IMG/VR virus record: IMGVR_UViG_3300007609_000008
Span: 1 to 64,000 of that record
Length of the DNA: 64,000 nt
Strand: one strand, 5' to 3'
Source of the DNA: a virus
Shown here: positions 44,100 through 55,053 of the stretch, in pieces
Position numbering within the stretch: position 1 is the stretch's first letter
Layout: each line of letters begins with the position of its first letter
The notes under the pieces: model-generated
Database searches by the model: none
What the model saw: the letters and a program-made list of their open reading frames with translations, nothing else
What the model was told of the DNA's origin: nothing
Made by a program: the position numbers and the translations under genes

Positions 44100-44704
44100 A
44101 AATAGACTTTGATCTAGTATCTAGATGGATGTATGAGATACGAGAAAATTCTAGAATGTTAGATTGCTTCTGGCCGAGTCAGTTGCAAAGCAAGAAGTGG
44201 ATAATTGACACCCTAGTCAAAGAAGCATATTGGCGTGGTAGCATGGGTGACATTGTTATCTTTGGCGGCTGGTATGGCGTTCTTGCACAGATGCTACATC
44301 AAGAATTTGGCGGTAAATATATCAGTGTCGATAATGACCCTTCTTGCAAGGAAGTCTTTGATAGAATCAATACTAGCAACAAAATAGTGTTTAAAGATGG
44401 CTGTATGTCCGAATACGACTACAGTGATTCAATATTTTTAGACATGGTGATAAACACTAGTAGCGAACATGTATCTCAAGAAGTGTATTCTCAATGGTGG
44501 AACAACATTCCTAAAGGTACTAAATATGTAGTACAGGGCAATAATTTTTTTGAGACAGATGAACATGTGAGATGTACTGACACTCTTGAAGAATTTATCA
44601 CTATTAATTATCTAGAAAGCGCAAAGATTAAAGAATCTTTGAATTGCGGCATGAGACCAGATGGTTCTCCTTTCTATCGTTTTATGGCAATAGGCGTTAA
44701 ATAA
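44096..44704 (+). CDS. Class I SAM-dependent methyltransferase-like
   Basis: IFGGWYGVLA motif I variant, SVDND, VINTSSEH, VQGNN. Confidence 0.7.
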   Translation: MKIDFDLVSRWMYEIRENSRMLDCFWPSQLQSKKWIIDTLVKEAYWRGSMGDIVIFGGWYGVLAQMLHQEFGGKYISVDNDPSCKEVFDRINTSNKIVFKDGCMSEYDYSDSIFLDMVINTSSEHVSQEVYSQWWNNIPKGTKYVVQGNNFFETDEHVRCTDTLEEFITINYLESAKIKESLNCGMRPDGSPFYRFMAIGVK

Positions 44705-46161
44705 TGAAACTTAAGCACGGTGGTGAATCTAACTCTAATAACATAAGAGTTCTTGAAGACAAGCGAGACTATATTAATAATATTAGTCCTTCTTTTTGTT
44801 CTGCTAAGTGGTTGCAGACTACACTTTATTTACAGAATGGATACAATCATTCTTGTCACCACCCTTCACCTCACAAAATTCCTTTAGAAGAAGTACAGGC
44901 TAATCCTGCTGCCTTGCACAACAGTGCATTTAAAAAAGAACAGAGAGCTAAAATGCTCAAAGGCGAGAGACCAGCCGAGTGTGATTACTGTTGGAATATT
45001 GAAGATTTGGGAAAAGGTTACTTCTCAGATAGACACTACAAAACTTCTGATTATTGGGCATGGCATAGAGTAGATGAACCCGCTGAATCTGATCCGTATG
45101 ATGATATCTTTCCTTCTTACTTAGAGATTTCATTTTCTAACGCTTGTAACTTCGCATGTGCATATTGTACACCCGAAGCAAGCTCTAAATGGATGAAAGA
45201 CATAAAATCACATGGTGCATATCCTGTTGAGTTTGGTAGCCATTCTCTAGATAGTCTTAGAGATTTACAAAAAATTCCTTATAAAACTGATGAACATAAT
45301 CCTTATGTAGAAGCATTTAACAAGTGGTTTCCAGATGCTCTTCCTCATCTCAAGGTTTTCCGCATAACTGGCGGCGAACCTACAATGAGCAAAGACTTTT
45401 GGAAATCATTAGATTATATTTTACAAAATCCGAGAGATGATTTAGAAATTTCCATTAATACAAATCTTGGTGTACCAAAAGAACTAATTGACAGGTTGAT
45501 TGAGTATGCTAAAAGACTTGATACCGCATGTAAAGAGTGTGTTATATTTACAAGTTGCGAGGCATACGGTGAACAAGCAGAATATGTCAGAGACGGTTTA
45601 GACTATGATTATTGGTATGGCAATGTAAAAAGAATTCTAGAAGAGACTGAATGCAAAGTAGTTACTATGACTACTATAAATGCGTTGAGTCTTCCTTCTT
45701 TTACTCGCTGGTTAAAAGACATGATGGATCTCAGAATCGAATATAATCAGTTAGGTTTTATGAACAGAACTCCTATTAGTTTTAACTACTTGAGATTTCC
45801 TCCCCATCTGCAAGTATCAATACTTCCTGATTATATACGAGACAAATATGCTTCCGATATTGAAGAATATGTTTTGTCATGGGGAGAACTCGTTACTCCT
45901 TTGCCGAATGCAAAGTTTTACTTGGAAGAGATTGATCAGGTAAAAAGATTTTGTGACTACATGAGACAGGATACGACATCTGGTCCAAAATACAGAGAAA
46001 ACTTTATGCAGTTTATACAACATTATGATCTTCGCAGAGACAAAGATTTTATTTCTACTTTCCCTGAATATGAAGATTTTTATGAAGAATGGGCAATCGA
46101 GTATGCCCCTAAACTTAAAGCAGATTATATGGATTTGATAGAAGTTATTGAAGTAAAATGA
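44704..46161 (+). CDS. N-terminal Twitch radical SAM protein 1
   Basis: FCSAKW...SCHHP...CDYCW then CNFACAYC, TGGEP, NTN. Confidence 0.92.
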   Translation: MKLKHGGESNSNNIRVLEDKRDYINNISPSFCSAKWLQTTLYLQNGYNHSCHHPSPHKIPLEEVQANPAALHNSAFKKEQRAKMLKGERPAECDYCWNIEDLGKGYFSDRHYKTSDYWAWHRVDEPAESDPYDDIFPSYLEISFSNACNFACAYCTPEASSKWMKDIKSHGAYPVEFGSHSLDSLRDLQKIPYKTDEHNPYVEAFNKWFPDALPHLKVFRITGGEPTMSKDFWKSLDYILQNPRDDLEISINTNLGVPKELIDRLIEYAKRLDTACKECVIFTSCEAYGEQAEYVRDGLDYDYWYGNVKRILEETECKVVTMTTINALSLPSFTRWLKDMMDLRIEYNQLGFMNRTPISFNYLRFPPHLQVSILPDYIRDKYASDIEEYVLSWGELVTPLPNAKFYLEEIDQVKRFCDYMRQDTTSGPKYRENFMQFIQHYDLRRDKDFISTFPEYEDFYEEWAIEYAPKLKADYMDLIEVIEVK

Positions 46162-47588
46162 GCAAAGATTTAATAGACTATCGTAAGAGAGTTCTTGACT
46201 CAAAGTCTCCTTCTTTCTGTGGCGCAAAGTGGTACAATGCTACAACTTGGTTAGGCAGCGGCACTACTGCTTCTTGCCATCACCCAACTGCACATAAAAT
46301 TCCTCTCGTTGAATTGCGAGACGATTACACTGCCATACACAACACAAAACACAAGAAAGCCACTCGCAAGATGATGCAAGAGGGTGAACGTCCTCTTGAG
46401 TGTGAATATTGTTGGCGCATGGAAGACATGGGCAAAGATGCTGTCTCAGACCGTGTTTTTAAATCTCAGATATACAGTGAAGAAGATTTGCAGTCGGCAT
46501 ACGACAAGTCTTGGGAAGATAGTGTAGACTTAAAAACTTTTGAGATTGCATTTGACAGAACTTGTAACCTTGCCTGTTCGTATTGTAACCCTTCGTTCTC
46601 TACTACATGGGCTAGAGACATTAAGAAGTATGGTCCTTATCAAAACTTGTTGTCAGATGGAGCAGGTGCATTTGAGCAAGACGGTTCTTGGACTGAGCCA
46701 TACGGTAGAGACGAAGAGAATCCATACATCGAAGCATTCTGGAAGTGGTGGGACAATGGTCTGTCTGAAAGTCTAGAAGAGCTACGAGTTACTGGTGGTG
46801 AACCTCTTATGTCAGGCAATACTTGGAAACTGTTCGATTGGTTTGAAGAGCAAGATAGCGATATGCGCTTTTCAATTAATAGTAATCTAATTGCCAAAGA
46901 CGAGATTATTGATAAACTAATTGAAAAATCTCATCGTGTTAAAAACTTTGAGCTTTACACTAGCGCAGAGTGTTTTGGTGTACATCAAGAATATTTGAGA
47001 GATGGCTTTGATTGGGAAGTCTGGCACAACAACATGCTAAGATTTGCGAAAGAAGGCAACTACAATAGTCTTAACATTATGATGACTATTACCGGATTGT
47101 CTTTGTTCAGCACTGCCGAGTTTTTAGACGAAGTTTACGAAATGAAGAAACACAGCAAATCAGGACATCATCCTGTTGTAAGTGTGAACATACTTCGCTT
47201 TCCTAGTTTTCAGAACATTCTTACATTACCAAAAGAGATTCGTGAGCATTGTAGACAAGAACTTGCTTTGTGGTTTGAAGAAAATAGAAACAAACCACAG
47301 TGGCTAGAATTCGAACTTGCAAGCATTGAAAGATTGATTGAATATCTTGCAACAGACGAAACACCACACCGTAAAGCGAGTAATCGTGATACTTTATGGC
47401 AGGACATGAAAGCCTTCTACACACAGTATGATCAGAGACGCAACAAAGATATTAATGTGTTTCCAGAAATATTTACTAAATGGTATGACACTATAAATAG
47501 TGGTTACAAGAAAGCTGAACTACACTCAGGTGACAACACTATATTTTTAGACGATGACAGATTAATAGAATTAACGGATATATTATGA
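46158..47588 (+). CDS. N-terminal Twitch radical SAM protein 2
   Basis: FCGAKW...SCHHP...CEYCW, CNLACSYC, TGGEP. Confidence 0.92.
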   Translation: MSKDLIDYRKRVLDSKSPSFCGAKWYNATTWLGSGTTASCHHPTAHKIPLVELRDDYTAIHNTKHKKATRKMMQEGERPLECEYCWRMEDMGKDAVSDRVFKSQIYSEEDLQSAYDKSWEDSVDLKTFEIAFDRTCNLACSYCNPSFSTTWARDIKKYGPYQNLLSDGAGAFEQDGSWTEPYGRDEENPYIEAFWKWWDNGLSESLEELRVTGGEPLMSGNTWKLFDWFEEQDSDMRFSINSNLIAKDEIIDKLIEKSHRVKNFELYTSAECFGVHQEYLRDGFDWEVWHNNMLRFAKEGNYNSLNIMMTITGLSLFSTAEFLDEVYEMKKHSKSGHHPVVSVNILRFPSFQNILTLPKEIREHCRQELALWFEENRNKPQWLEFELASIERLIEYLATDETPHRKASNRDTLWQDMKAFYTQYDQRRNKDINVFPEIFTKWYDTINSGYKKAELHSGDNTIFLDDDRLIELTDIL

Positions 47589-48628
47589 GCAAACATGTAA
47601 TATTAACACTACAAAATCCTCTAGATGAGAGCGACACGTTAGACATAAAATTTAATGTCATGGATACAGATATTGGCAATGATTGGTTTGATTTCGCTTC
47701 TTCTGCTCTTAAAAACAATCCTAGATTAGAAAAAAACTTTTGCTGGTTAGGTTGGCCAGATCCCAATCGTACTGTTGATTACTTAGCAAATCGTTTAGAA
47801 GAGTGTGTTGACGGTATAAATGATTTTGCAGATAACAATGTCGAACTCTGGGAAGGGTATCGTATTGATAAAAACTGGGACGATATTACTAGCGAAGATG
47901 CTTTGAACCAGTTACATCATCATTTTGAGATTCTTATGGGACAAGTGTGGGATGTCGCTAAGTACATGATACGTTCAGATGATGCTACTTCTTACAATAT
48001 CAGACAGCTTAATAATCTAGTACACGAACTTGCAGCAAGAAAAGTAGCAACTACTAACAAAGGTATGACTATTGGAAGTTATTTGAATCCGGTTAGAGAA
48101 CTATTCAAAGAAGATTACTACGACAATTTCTCTCTGAATAGAGATTTTGGAGATGTGTTTCTGCATTACGCTCAGACTGGTAAAACTCCAATAGAAGCAT
48201 TTGAAGACAACGATGATTATGTTTTCAATAACAATATTAATGCTTTGAGATATATGTCCGGCGAATTTAATATTTGGTGGTGTAATTCAATTTCAGAAAG
48301 CGAAAATGCAAAAAGAAAAGAAGAACTGAAAAAATGGCTACAAGATAGAGATGTAATATTTCAAGAACATGATGATTTTTGTTACTATGTTGATCCAGAT
48401 GAAAACAAGCAAGGCATAGGTTGGTTAGTTGTTGCTAAATTGGAAAATCAGTTTGATAGCAATTCTAAACTTGCTGAAGAAATTGCAAAAAGATTAAACA
48501 TATATAGTATGTCGTGTTTTGAAAATGAAGAGTTAGTAAGTTCCTATGTTTGGGATTATAAATGGACTGATTCTGATTATATTGAAAACGAAATTAACTT
48601 TTTAAGTCCACTTTTCCCGAGAGCATAA
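47585..48628 (+). CDS. Conserved hypothetical protein (paralog of 58323..59165)
   Basis: LNQLHHHFE, LNNLVHELA, HYAQTGKT motifs. Confidence 0.65.
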   Translation: MSKHVILTLQNPLDESDTLDIKFNVMDTDIGNDWFDFASSALKNNPRLEKNFCWLGWPDPNRTVDYLANRLEECVDGINDFADNNVELWEGYRIDKNWDDITSEDALNQLHHHFEILMGQVWDVAKYMIRSDDATSYNIRQLNNLVHELAARKVATTNKGMTIGSYLNPVRELFKEDYYDNFSLNRDFGDVFLHYAQTGKTPIEAFEDNDDYVFNNNINALRYMSGEFNIWWCNSISESENAKRKEELKKWLQDRDVIFQEHDDFCYYVDPDENKQGIGWLVVAKLENQFDSNSKLAEEIAKRLNIYSMSCFENEELVSSYVWDYKWTDSDYIENEINFLSPLFPRA

Positions 48629-50025
48629 TGACAGTACACAGTTACAATTTATTAGACTTAAAAGATGTCACTGAAGAATTGAATACAGTTGGTAAAGGCT
48701 TCTGTCTTGCCAAGTGGTATCATGTCAGTATGCATCTTCATACCGGACAGAATCATAGCTGCTATCATCCAGCTCCTCACAAGATTCCTCTAGACTTAGC
48801 GAAAGAAGACGCCAATGTTCTTCACAATAGTCCTTTCAAGAAAAAAGTACGCAAAGAAATGCTTGAAGGTGGAAGACCGGCAGAGTGTAGTTACTGCTGG
48901 AATGTTGAAGACCTGGGAGACGATCAAATATCAGATAGAATGCTTCGTTCATCTGAGCCTTGGGCATTGCCATTAATTCAAGAGACTAAAGATATTGATT
49001 GGCAAGCAGATGTTTATCCTCGCTATCTAGAACTAAACTTTAGTAATCGCTGTCAACTGAAATGTAGTTACTGTGCTCCTATGGCAAGCTCTAGTTGGTT
49101 AAAAGAAACTGAGAAGTGGGGCAACTGGCCCTTAGAAAATCGTATCAATGTTAGACAATACGATAATGACACCTTCAAAAACGAAGGCTCCATTTACGGC
49201 GAAGAAGACACAAACCCATACATCAAAATCTTTTGGGAGTGGTTCCCTGATGCATATCCACACTTACACACACTAAGATTTACTGGAGGTGAGCCTTTAC
49301 TTAGTCCTAACGTATTTAAGGTTCTCGACTATGTTGGCGCCAATCCTAAACCAGACTTAGAGTTTGCTGTAAACAGTAACATGATGATTCCAGAAAGAAA
49401 CATTATTCGTTTTATTCAGACAGCAAATGATTTGACTGTGAACAATAAAATTAAAGGATACTCGCTGTTTACTAGTGTTGATACTTGGGGCAAACAAGCA
49501 GAATGGATTCGTAACGGACTCGAAATAAAAAAATATGAAAGTAATCTTCACTACTACATGGAACATTCTGAATCAAAGTATTTCAGTTTTATGGTGACTT
49601 TCTGTTTGCTTGCTATTCCTAACTTTACTGAGTTTTTAGACAAGGTGTTAGAGTTTAGAGAAAAATATAATGTAGATGACAGTTATCAGCGTGTTAATTT
49701 TGATACCCCGTATACTATTGAACCGCCTCATCTGACTGCTCGTATTGCTGATGATTGGATGATCGAACGATTAGAATATACTTGTAATTACTTAGAAGAA
49801 AGAGTAGACGATAGTGATATCAAAATGTTCTCATCTGTTGAACATAAGAAACTGTTACGTGTTCTTGAATGGGTAAAACAAAACAGATATGAGGGCGAAG
49901 AGCTTGCTATGAATAGAAGAGATTTCGCTAAGTTTGTAGACGAGCATGACAGAAGAAGAGGCACAGATTTCCATGCTGCCTTTCCTGAACTAAGAAATTT
50001 TTACGATATGTGTAAGGAGTCATAA
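48628..50025 (+). CDS. N-terminal Twitch radical SAM protein 3
   Basis: FCLAKW...SCYHP...CSYCW, CQLKCSYC, TGGEP. Confidence 0.92.
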   Translation: MTVHSYNLLDLKDVTEELNTVGKGFCLAKWYHVSMHLHTGQNHSCYHPAPHKIPLDLAKEDANVLHNSPFKKKVRKEMLEGGRPAECSYCWNVEDLGDDQISDRMLRSSEPWALPLIQETKDIDWQADVYPRYLELNFSNRCQLKCSYCAPMASSSWLKETEKWGNWPLENRINVRQYDNDTFKNEGSIYGEEDTNPYIKIFWEWFPDAYPHLHTLRFTGGEPLLSPNVFKVLDYVGANPKPDLEFAVNSNMMIPERNIIRFIQTANDLTVNNKIKGYSLFTSVDTWGKQAEWIRNGLEIKKYESNLHYYMEHSESKYFSFMVTFCLLAIPNFTEFLDKVLEFREKYNVDDSYQRVNFDTPYTIEPPHLTARIADDWMIERLEYTCNYLEERVDDSDIKMFSSVEHKKLLRVLEWVKQNRYEGEELAMNRRDFAKFVDEHDRRRGTDFHAAFPELRNFYDMCKES

Positions 50026-50687
50026 TGAATATAGTTATTGTAGGACCTGGAAATGATCCAAAAAGATTTGGAACACACTTTGTCAATCTTTGTGAAAGTA
50101 AAGGACATTCTGTCACTAAGTTTTCATATAGACTAGAAAATGAATCATTTGAAGATGTAGTAGAAAGATATAAAACAGAAATTTCACATCTAGACAGGGT
50201 AGATCTTTTTTTATATAACTCTATTGGTGGATTTTATCCAGGTCAAGCCTTTCACTATCACACCGGTCATGAAGTAGAATACAAGAGATGGCAAGAAGGT
50301 ATTATGATAAATGGTGCAATGCCTCATGCATTATCTCTTAAGACTCTTGAAAAAATGGATGAGCAATCTTCAATAGTTTTCATGACATCTTCTGGCTCAT
50401 ATCTAGTCAATAGAGACAACTACTTAGAGCTTGCTGGCTACTTTGGAACAAAAGGTGCATTAAATCATCTATCAAGAGCACTCGCTGAATGTAATGATGC
50501 TGGTGCTAAAGTTTGTATCATGGCTCCTCATATTCCGTACGATGATGGTGATGATGAAATAACAGAAAGAATAATGAATATACTCACAGAAAAAATGTTA
50601 AATATTTTACCTGAAGACAACGGCAAAGTATTACAATGCTTCCCTCCAGAAGGTAGGCTACATTATTATCCGCATGGTAAACACTAA
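50025..50687 (+). CDS. Atypical SDR-like oxidoreductase
   Basis: VIVGPG...FG Rossmann start, VFMTSS, YFGTK (YxxxK). Confidence 0.65.
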   Translation: MNIVIVGPGNDPKRFGTHFVNLCESKGHSVTKFSYRLENESFEDVVERYKTEISHLDRVDLFLYNSIGGFYPGQAFHYHTGHEVEYKRWQEGIMINGAMPHALSLKTLEKMDEQSSIVFMTSSGSYLVNRDNYLELAGYFGTKGALNHLSRALAECNDAGAKVCIMAPHIPYDDGDDEITERIMNILTEKMLNILPEDNGKVLQCFPPEGRLHYYPHGKH

Positions 50688-51949
50688 TGATAAGTAAAGA
50701 CAGCAAGTCGTTTTGTATTTTGCCCTTTGTGCATTCTCATCTAAACACAGAAGGAGATGTTTTCCCTTGTTGTATAAGCTGGGACGCTCAAAGGTCTACT
50801 CAAATAGGTTATTTGAAAGACAATACATTAGAAGAGCTTTTCAATAGTGATAAGATGAAACAGCTTCGTCTCGACCTTGCAGCAGGTAAGAGAAGACCTG
50901 ATTTTTGTGATGCATGTTACAAACGAGAAGACAACGGTTTTGTTAGTGCAAGGCACGGAAACAATTTAGATTATCTTGATGTTGAAGATGATATTGTTGC
51001 TAGTATGCACGAAGACGGATATCTAGAACCAATCATTAAAAGTTGGGACATAAGATTTAGCAATCTGTGCAATCTAAAATGTAGAACATGTGGTAGCGTA
51101 TATAGTACCACTTGGGCACAAGAAGATGCTAAATTTAATGGGTTTTCAGAGTATAAACAGATAAACTCAATACCAGAAGGGGATCCCGATCCTCTAGATA
51201 ATCAATACGATAATGTTGATAAAATTTACTTTGCAGGTGGCGAACCTCTTATCATGCCTGAGCATTTTCGTGTTCTACAGAAAATAATTGATAGTGGCAG
51301 AGCACATAAAGTAAAATTATTGTATAACACAAACATGACAAAATTAAATTATAATAAGCACGATCTTATTGAATACTGGAAAGAATTTAAAGTGGTCGTT
51401 CTTGGTGCCAGCATTGATGCAATGGGTGACAGAGCGGATTACATAAGAAATGGAGTTAAGTGGTCTAATATTGAGAAAAATTTAAAAACGCTTTCTGAAG
51501 CTATTAAAAAGTATCCTAATATTAACATTCACATGGCACCTACAGTAAGTATTCTTAATGTACATTCTCTTGCGGATACTCACAGGTATTTTGTAGAGAA
51601 TGAATACATACCTAGTACTTCTTCAATTGTGTTGAACATGCTTCTAGGCCCCACTTGGTTTGAAATACGCAACTTGCCAAATGTACTAAAAGAAGAAGTA
51701 AAAGAAAAATTAAGAGATCACATATCGTGGTTAATTGAAAAAGATACTCGTCAAGATGTTGTTGAAAGTTTTGAAAGCATTTTAACTTATATTGATAATG
51801 ATGCTTCGGAAACAGACGTAATGAAATTTGTGCAAGAGACGAGACGAGTAGATGCAAGAAGAGATCAAAATTTTCCTGATACTTTTCCTGAGTATGCTGA
51901 ATGGTGGGATTCTTTAGATAAATCTTTAATAAGCGTATCAAATATATGA
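50687..51949 (+). CDS. N-terminal Twitch radical SAM protein 4
   Basis: FCILPF...GDVFPCC...CDACY, CNLKCRTC, AGGEP, NTN. Confidence 0.92.
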   Translation: MISKDSKSFCILPFVHSHLNTEGDVFPCCISWDAQRSTQIGYLKDNTLEELFNSDKMKQLRLDLAAGKRRPDFCDACYKREDNGFVSARHGNNLDYLDVEDDIVASMHEDGYLEPIIKSWDIRFSNLCNLKCRTCGSVYSTTWAQEDAKFNGFSEYKQINSIPEGDPDPLDNQYDNVDKIYFAGGEPLIMPEHFRVLQKIIDSGRAHKVKLLYNTNMTKLNYNKHDLIEYWKEFKVVVLGASIDAMGDRADYIRNGVKWSNIEKNLKTLSEAIKKYPNINIHMAPTVSILNVHSLADTHRYFVENEYIPSTSSIVLNMLLGPTWFEIRNLPNVLKEEVKEKLRDHISWLIEKDTRQDVVESFESILTYIDNDASETDVMKFVQETRRVDARRDQNFPDTFPEYAEWWDSLDKSLISVSNI

Positions 51950-53244
51950 GTAATAAAATAGAAGAACCTTCAAAAACTTTTTGTGTCATGCCTTGGATAC
52001 ATTTACACGCTTGGCCAGAAGGAAAGGCTATGTTGTGCTGTAAAGCTCATGGCGGTGAAAACGGAGGAGACGTAGGCGACTTTTCTGTAAATACATATGA
52101 AGAAATAATGAACAGCGACAAGATGAAGCAAATTCGTCTTGATATGCTTGAAGGGAAGACGGTAGAGCAATGTATTGCCTGCACTAATGATGAAAAACTA
52201 GATAAGAAAAGTTTTAGACACGACATGAATAATTCTTATCGTGATTTGATTCCCTCGCTTTTGACAGATGACAAAACTTTATCTGACGGCACACTTACTG
52301 ATCCTAAGATGTATTATATGGATTTCAGATTTAGTAACTTGTGTAATTTAGGATGTCAAACATGTGGAAGTCCTCTAAGTAGTACAATTGCAAATAATCG
52401 CCCAAACAACGATAGCGAAAATGCATTCTTAAAGAAAAAAAATGTTTTGTCTGAAAGAGGCACAATTACTTCTTTTGTTTATGCTCGTCCAGATTTTTTT
52501 GAAGTCGATGTTTTGCCGCATATTGATACAGTAACTAATTTTTACTTTGCTGGTGGTGAACCCTTGATGCATCAAGAGCATCTTGATATTTTAAGATATA
52601 TGGATGACAATAAACTTTACGACAAGCATATAACTTACAGTACAAACTTATCTCTATTGAAATGGAAAGGAACAGATTTTCTTGATATATGGAAAAACTT
52701 TGACAACATTTTATTTTTTTGTAGTATTGACGGTGATAATGAAAGATTAGAATATATTAGAGAATTTTCAAAACATAAAGTAATATTTAATAATTTGAAA
52801 AAACTAATACAATTAAAAAAAGAAAATCCTCTTAAAAGATTTAAAATTTGCATTTGTTATACTCATAGCATTTATAATTGTTATTACACTAAAGAGTTTT
52901 TTGCTGCATTAATAAATGAAGGTGTGATAGAAGATTTAGATCATTTAGAATTTAATTATTCTTATGGCGAAAGAAATCATCCTGCGATTTTGCCAAATTT
53001 TGCAAAAAAAGAACTTATAGAGAAGAGACACGAAGATAGATCATCAGAAGAACTTCAAAAGGCTTTTTCTTTATTTCCTGATTTGAGACATTATTTTGAT
53101 AGCATCGATAATATCTTACATGAAACTATGCCTGCAAATGAGTTTGACAAATTGATCAGCCACGATCTTTTACCAAAAATAGATAAAATAAAAATTGCAC
53201 TTCCTTGGTTACACAGTGTAATTGATAGACACAGGGTATTATAA
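51946..53244 (+). CDS. N-terminal Twitch radical SAM protein 5
   Basis: FCVMPW...LCC...CIAC, CNLGCQTC, AGGEP. Confidence 0.92.
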   Translation: MSNKIEEPSKTFCVMPWIHLHAWPEGKAMLCCKAHGGENGGDVGDFSVNTYEEIMNSDKMKQIRLDMLEGKTVEQCIACTNDEKLDKKSFRHDMNNSYRDLIPSLLTDDKTLSDGTLTDPKMYYMDFRFSNLCNLGCQTCGSPLSSTIANNRPNNDSENAFLKKKNVLSERGTITSFVYARPDFFEVDVLPHIDTVTNFYFAGGEPLMHQEHLDILRYMDDNKLYDKHITYSTNLSLLKWKGTDFLDIWKNFDNILFFCSIDGDNERLEYIREFSKHKVIFNNLKKLIQLKKENPLKRFKICICYTHSIYNCYYTKEFFAALINEGVIEDLDHLEFNYSYGERNHPAILPNFAKKELIEKRHEDRSSEELQKAFSLFPDLRHYFDSIDNILHETMPANEFDKLISHDLLPKIDKIKIALPWLHSVIDRHRVL

Positions 53245-54458
53245 TGACCAGATGCGTCAACACAGATAAATCATTAAGATATACAAACAGTGGAGATGTA
53301 GCTCTTTGCTGTAAGAGTGAGTTATGGTTAAATGACGAGAACGGCAATAAGTGTAATATATCAACACATGATTTTAATGCGCCGCTCAATGGAAAACTAG
53401 CAACTGAAATTCGTAATGACCTGAACAACGGGGTCCGTCATGCAAATTGCAAAAAGTGTTGGGACGAAGAAGATGCAGGAATAGCAAGCAAAAGAATTCT
53501 TGACAACTCCAGAGCAGTAGATTACTGGGGCAAAGATTTTTTGACTGATGGCAAAATTGAGCCAGCCATTGTTGAATTGAACTTAGGAACACTGTGCAAT
53601 CTTAAGTGTAGGATCTGTGGTCCATGGTCAAGCAGTAACTGGGTAAATGAGCACTATGCTGTAAACACTTCGCCCGAAAAGCAAACAAGAGAAAACAAAA
53701 AAAAGTATATGCAGCAGGTGAAGCAATGGCAAGGCAATTTTGAAGATGACAGTCCTACTTGGAAAAACATAGAAGACAGTTTGCCTCATTTGAAACAAAT
53801 TGATATATATGGTGGCGAGCCATTCATGGTAGAAAAGCAATGGGAAGTATTGCAAAAAAGCATAGACAGGGGGTATAGTAAAGACCAGACCCTACACTTT
53901 AACACAAATACTACCATATACTCTGAGAAGCATGTTAAAATTTTGAAACAATTCAAAACAGTTCTTATTAGTCTTTCGTTAGATGACATAGAAGATAGAT
54001 TTGAGTTTCAGCGTCATCCAGCTAAATGGGATCTGGTATCCGAAAATATACAAAAATTTTTACAGTTAAATGCAGATAATGAAAATATAACTGTTGTTGC
54101 TTGTGTAACTATCAATAACTTGAATGTATATTACTTACCTGAAATACTAGAATATTATGATAGTATTGGTTTAGGGTATTATACTAATATTTTACACGGG
54201 CCACCACATTATAATATTAAAAACATTCCGCAAAATTTAAAAGAAGTTATTACTAATAAATATAAAGAAGACATGAAGACTTCTAATGAATATAAGACGG
54301 AAAGACTGCGACAGGTAATGGAATTTATGAATTCATTTATTACTACAAATAATGAATGGACAAATTTTATAGAGTATACTAAAAAGAAAGACGAATACAG
54401 AAAAGAAAACTTCAATGAGGTTTTTCCTGAGTGGAGCGATGTAATTGAAAATAACTAA
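53244..54458 (+). CDS. N-terminal Twitch radical SAM protein 6
   Basis: RCVN...GDVALCC...CKKCW, CNLKCRIC, YGGEP. Confidence 0.92.
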   Translation: MTRCVNTDKSLRYTNSGDVALCCKSELWLNDENGNKCNISTHDFNAPLNGKLATEIRNDLNNGVRHANCKKCWDEEDAGIASKRILDNSRAVDYWGKDFLTDGKIEPAIVELNLGTLCNLKCRICGPWSSSNWVNEHYAVNTSPEKQTRENKKKYMQQVKQWQGNFEDDSPTWKNIEDSLPHLKQIDIYGGEPFMVEKQWEVLQKSIDRGYSKDQTLHFNTNTTIYSEKHVKILKQFKTVLISLSLDDIEDRFEFQRHPAKWDLVSENIQKFLQLNADNENITVVACVTINNLNVYYLPEILEYYDSIGLGYYTNILHGPPHYNIKNIPQNLKEVITNKYKEDMKTSNEYKTERLRQVMEFMNSFITTNNEWTNFIEYTKKKDEYRKENFNEVFPEWSDVIENN

Positions 54459-55053
54459 GCCGTTAGAGGGCGTAAGATATCAAAATACTACAGAAGAAAT
54501 GCCTATTTGGTTTTTTGAAGGAGTAGAACTTCCAGAAATTGATTTTGATTCTTTGAACTGGAAAAATTCACATGGCAGACAGTTATACGAGGACGATAGA
54601 TACAAAAAAAGAGAAGTTGCTGAATGGACTAGTAATAATAAAAATCCGGCAGCGATTGCAATTTTTAATGCAATAGAAAGTGTCGTGACAGAGATAGAAA
54701 AAAATTATCCAGCAGAAAACTTAGAATTGATTTGGCCAATTGATACATGGAAAAGATCCTCCTATGTAGATATCAAAAATGATCATGATGGATTTTGGAT
54801 GGGCGAGCATCTAGATAATAGAAATGTCAAGTGGACATGTATAATGAATTTAGAAGATAATGAAGATTCTACTAGATTTCACTTAGATTATTTTAACGAA
54901 GATGCGGTTGAAGGAAGAGAAAAAGAATTCTACGCACCTACGAAGAAAGGTAGCGGAGTTTTCTATTTCAATCATCATGCTTTATTACATAGCATAGGCC
55001 CGACTTCTGGTAAAGATAGATACATAGCATTTCAGATGAATTTGGTGAAATAA
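54445..55053 (+). CDS. 2OG-Fe(II) oxygenase-like protein
   Basis: GEHLDNR, LLHSIG, DRY; paralog of 25089..25664. Confidence 0.6.
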   Translation: MKITKPLEGVRYQNTTEEMPIWFFEGVELPEIDFDSLNWKNSHGRQLYEDDRYKKREVAEWTSNNKNPAAIAIFNAIESVVTEIEKNYPAENLELIWPIDTWKRSSYVDIKNDHDGFWMGEHLDNRNVKWTCIMNLEDNEDSTRFHLDYFNEDAVEGREKEFYAPTKKGSGVFYFNHHALLHSIGPTSGKDRYIAFQMNLVK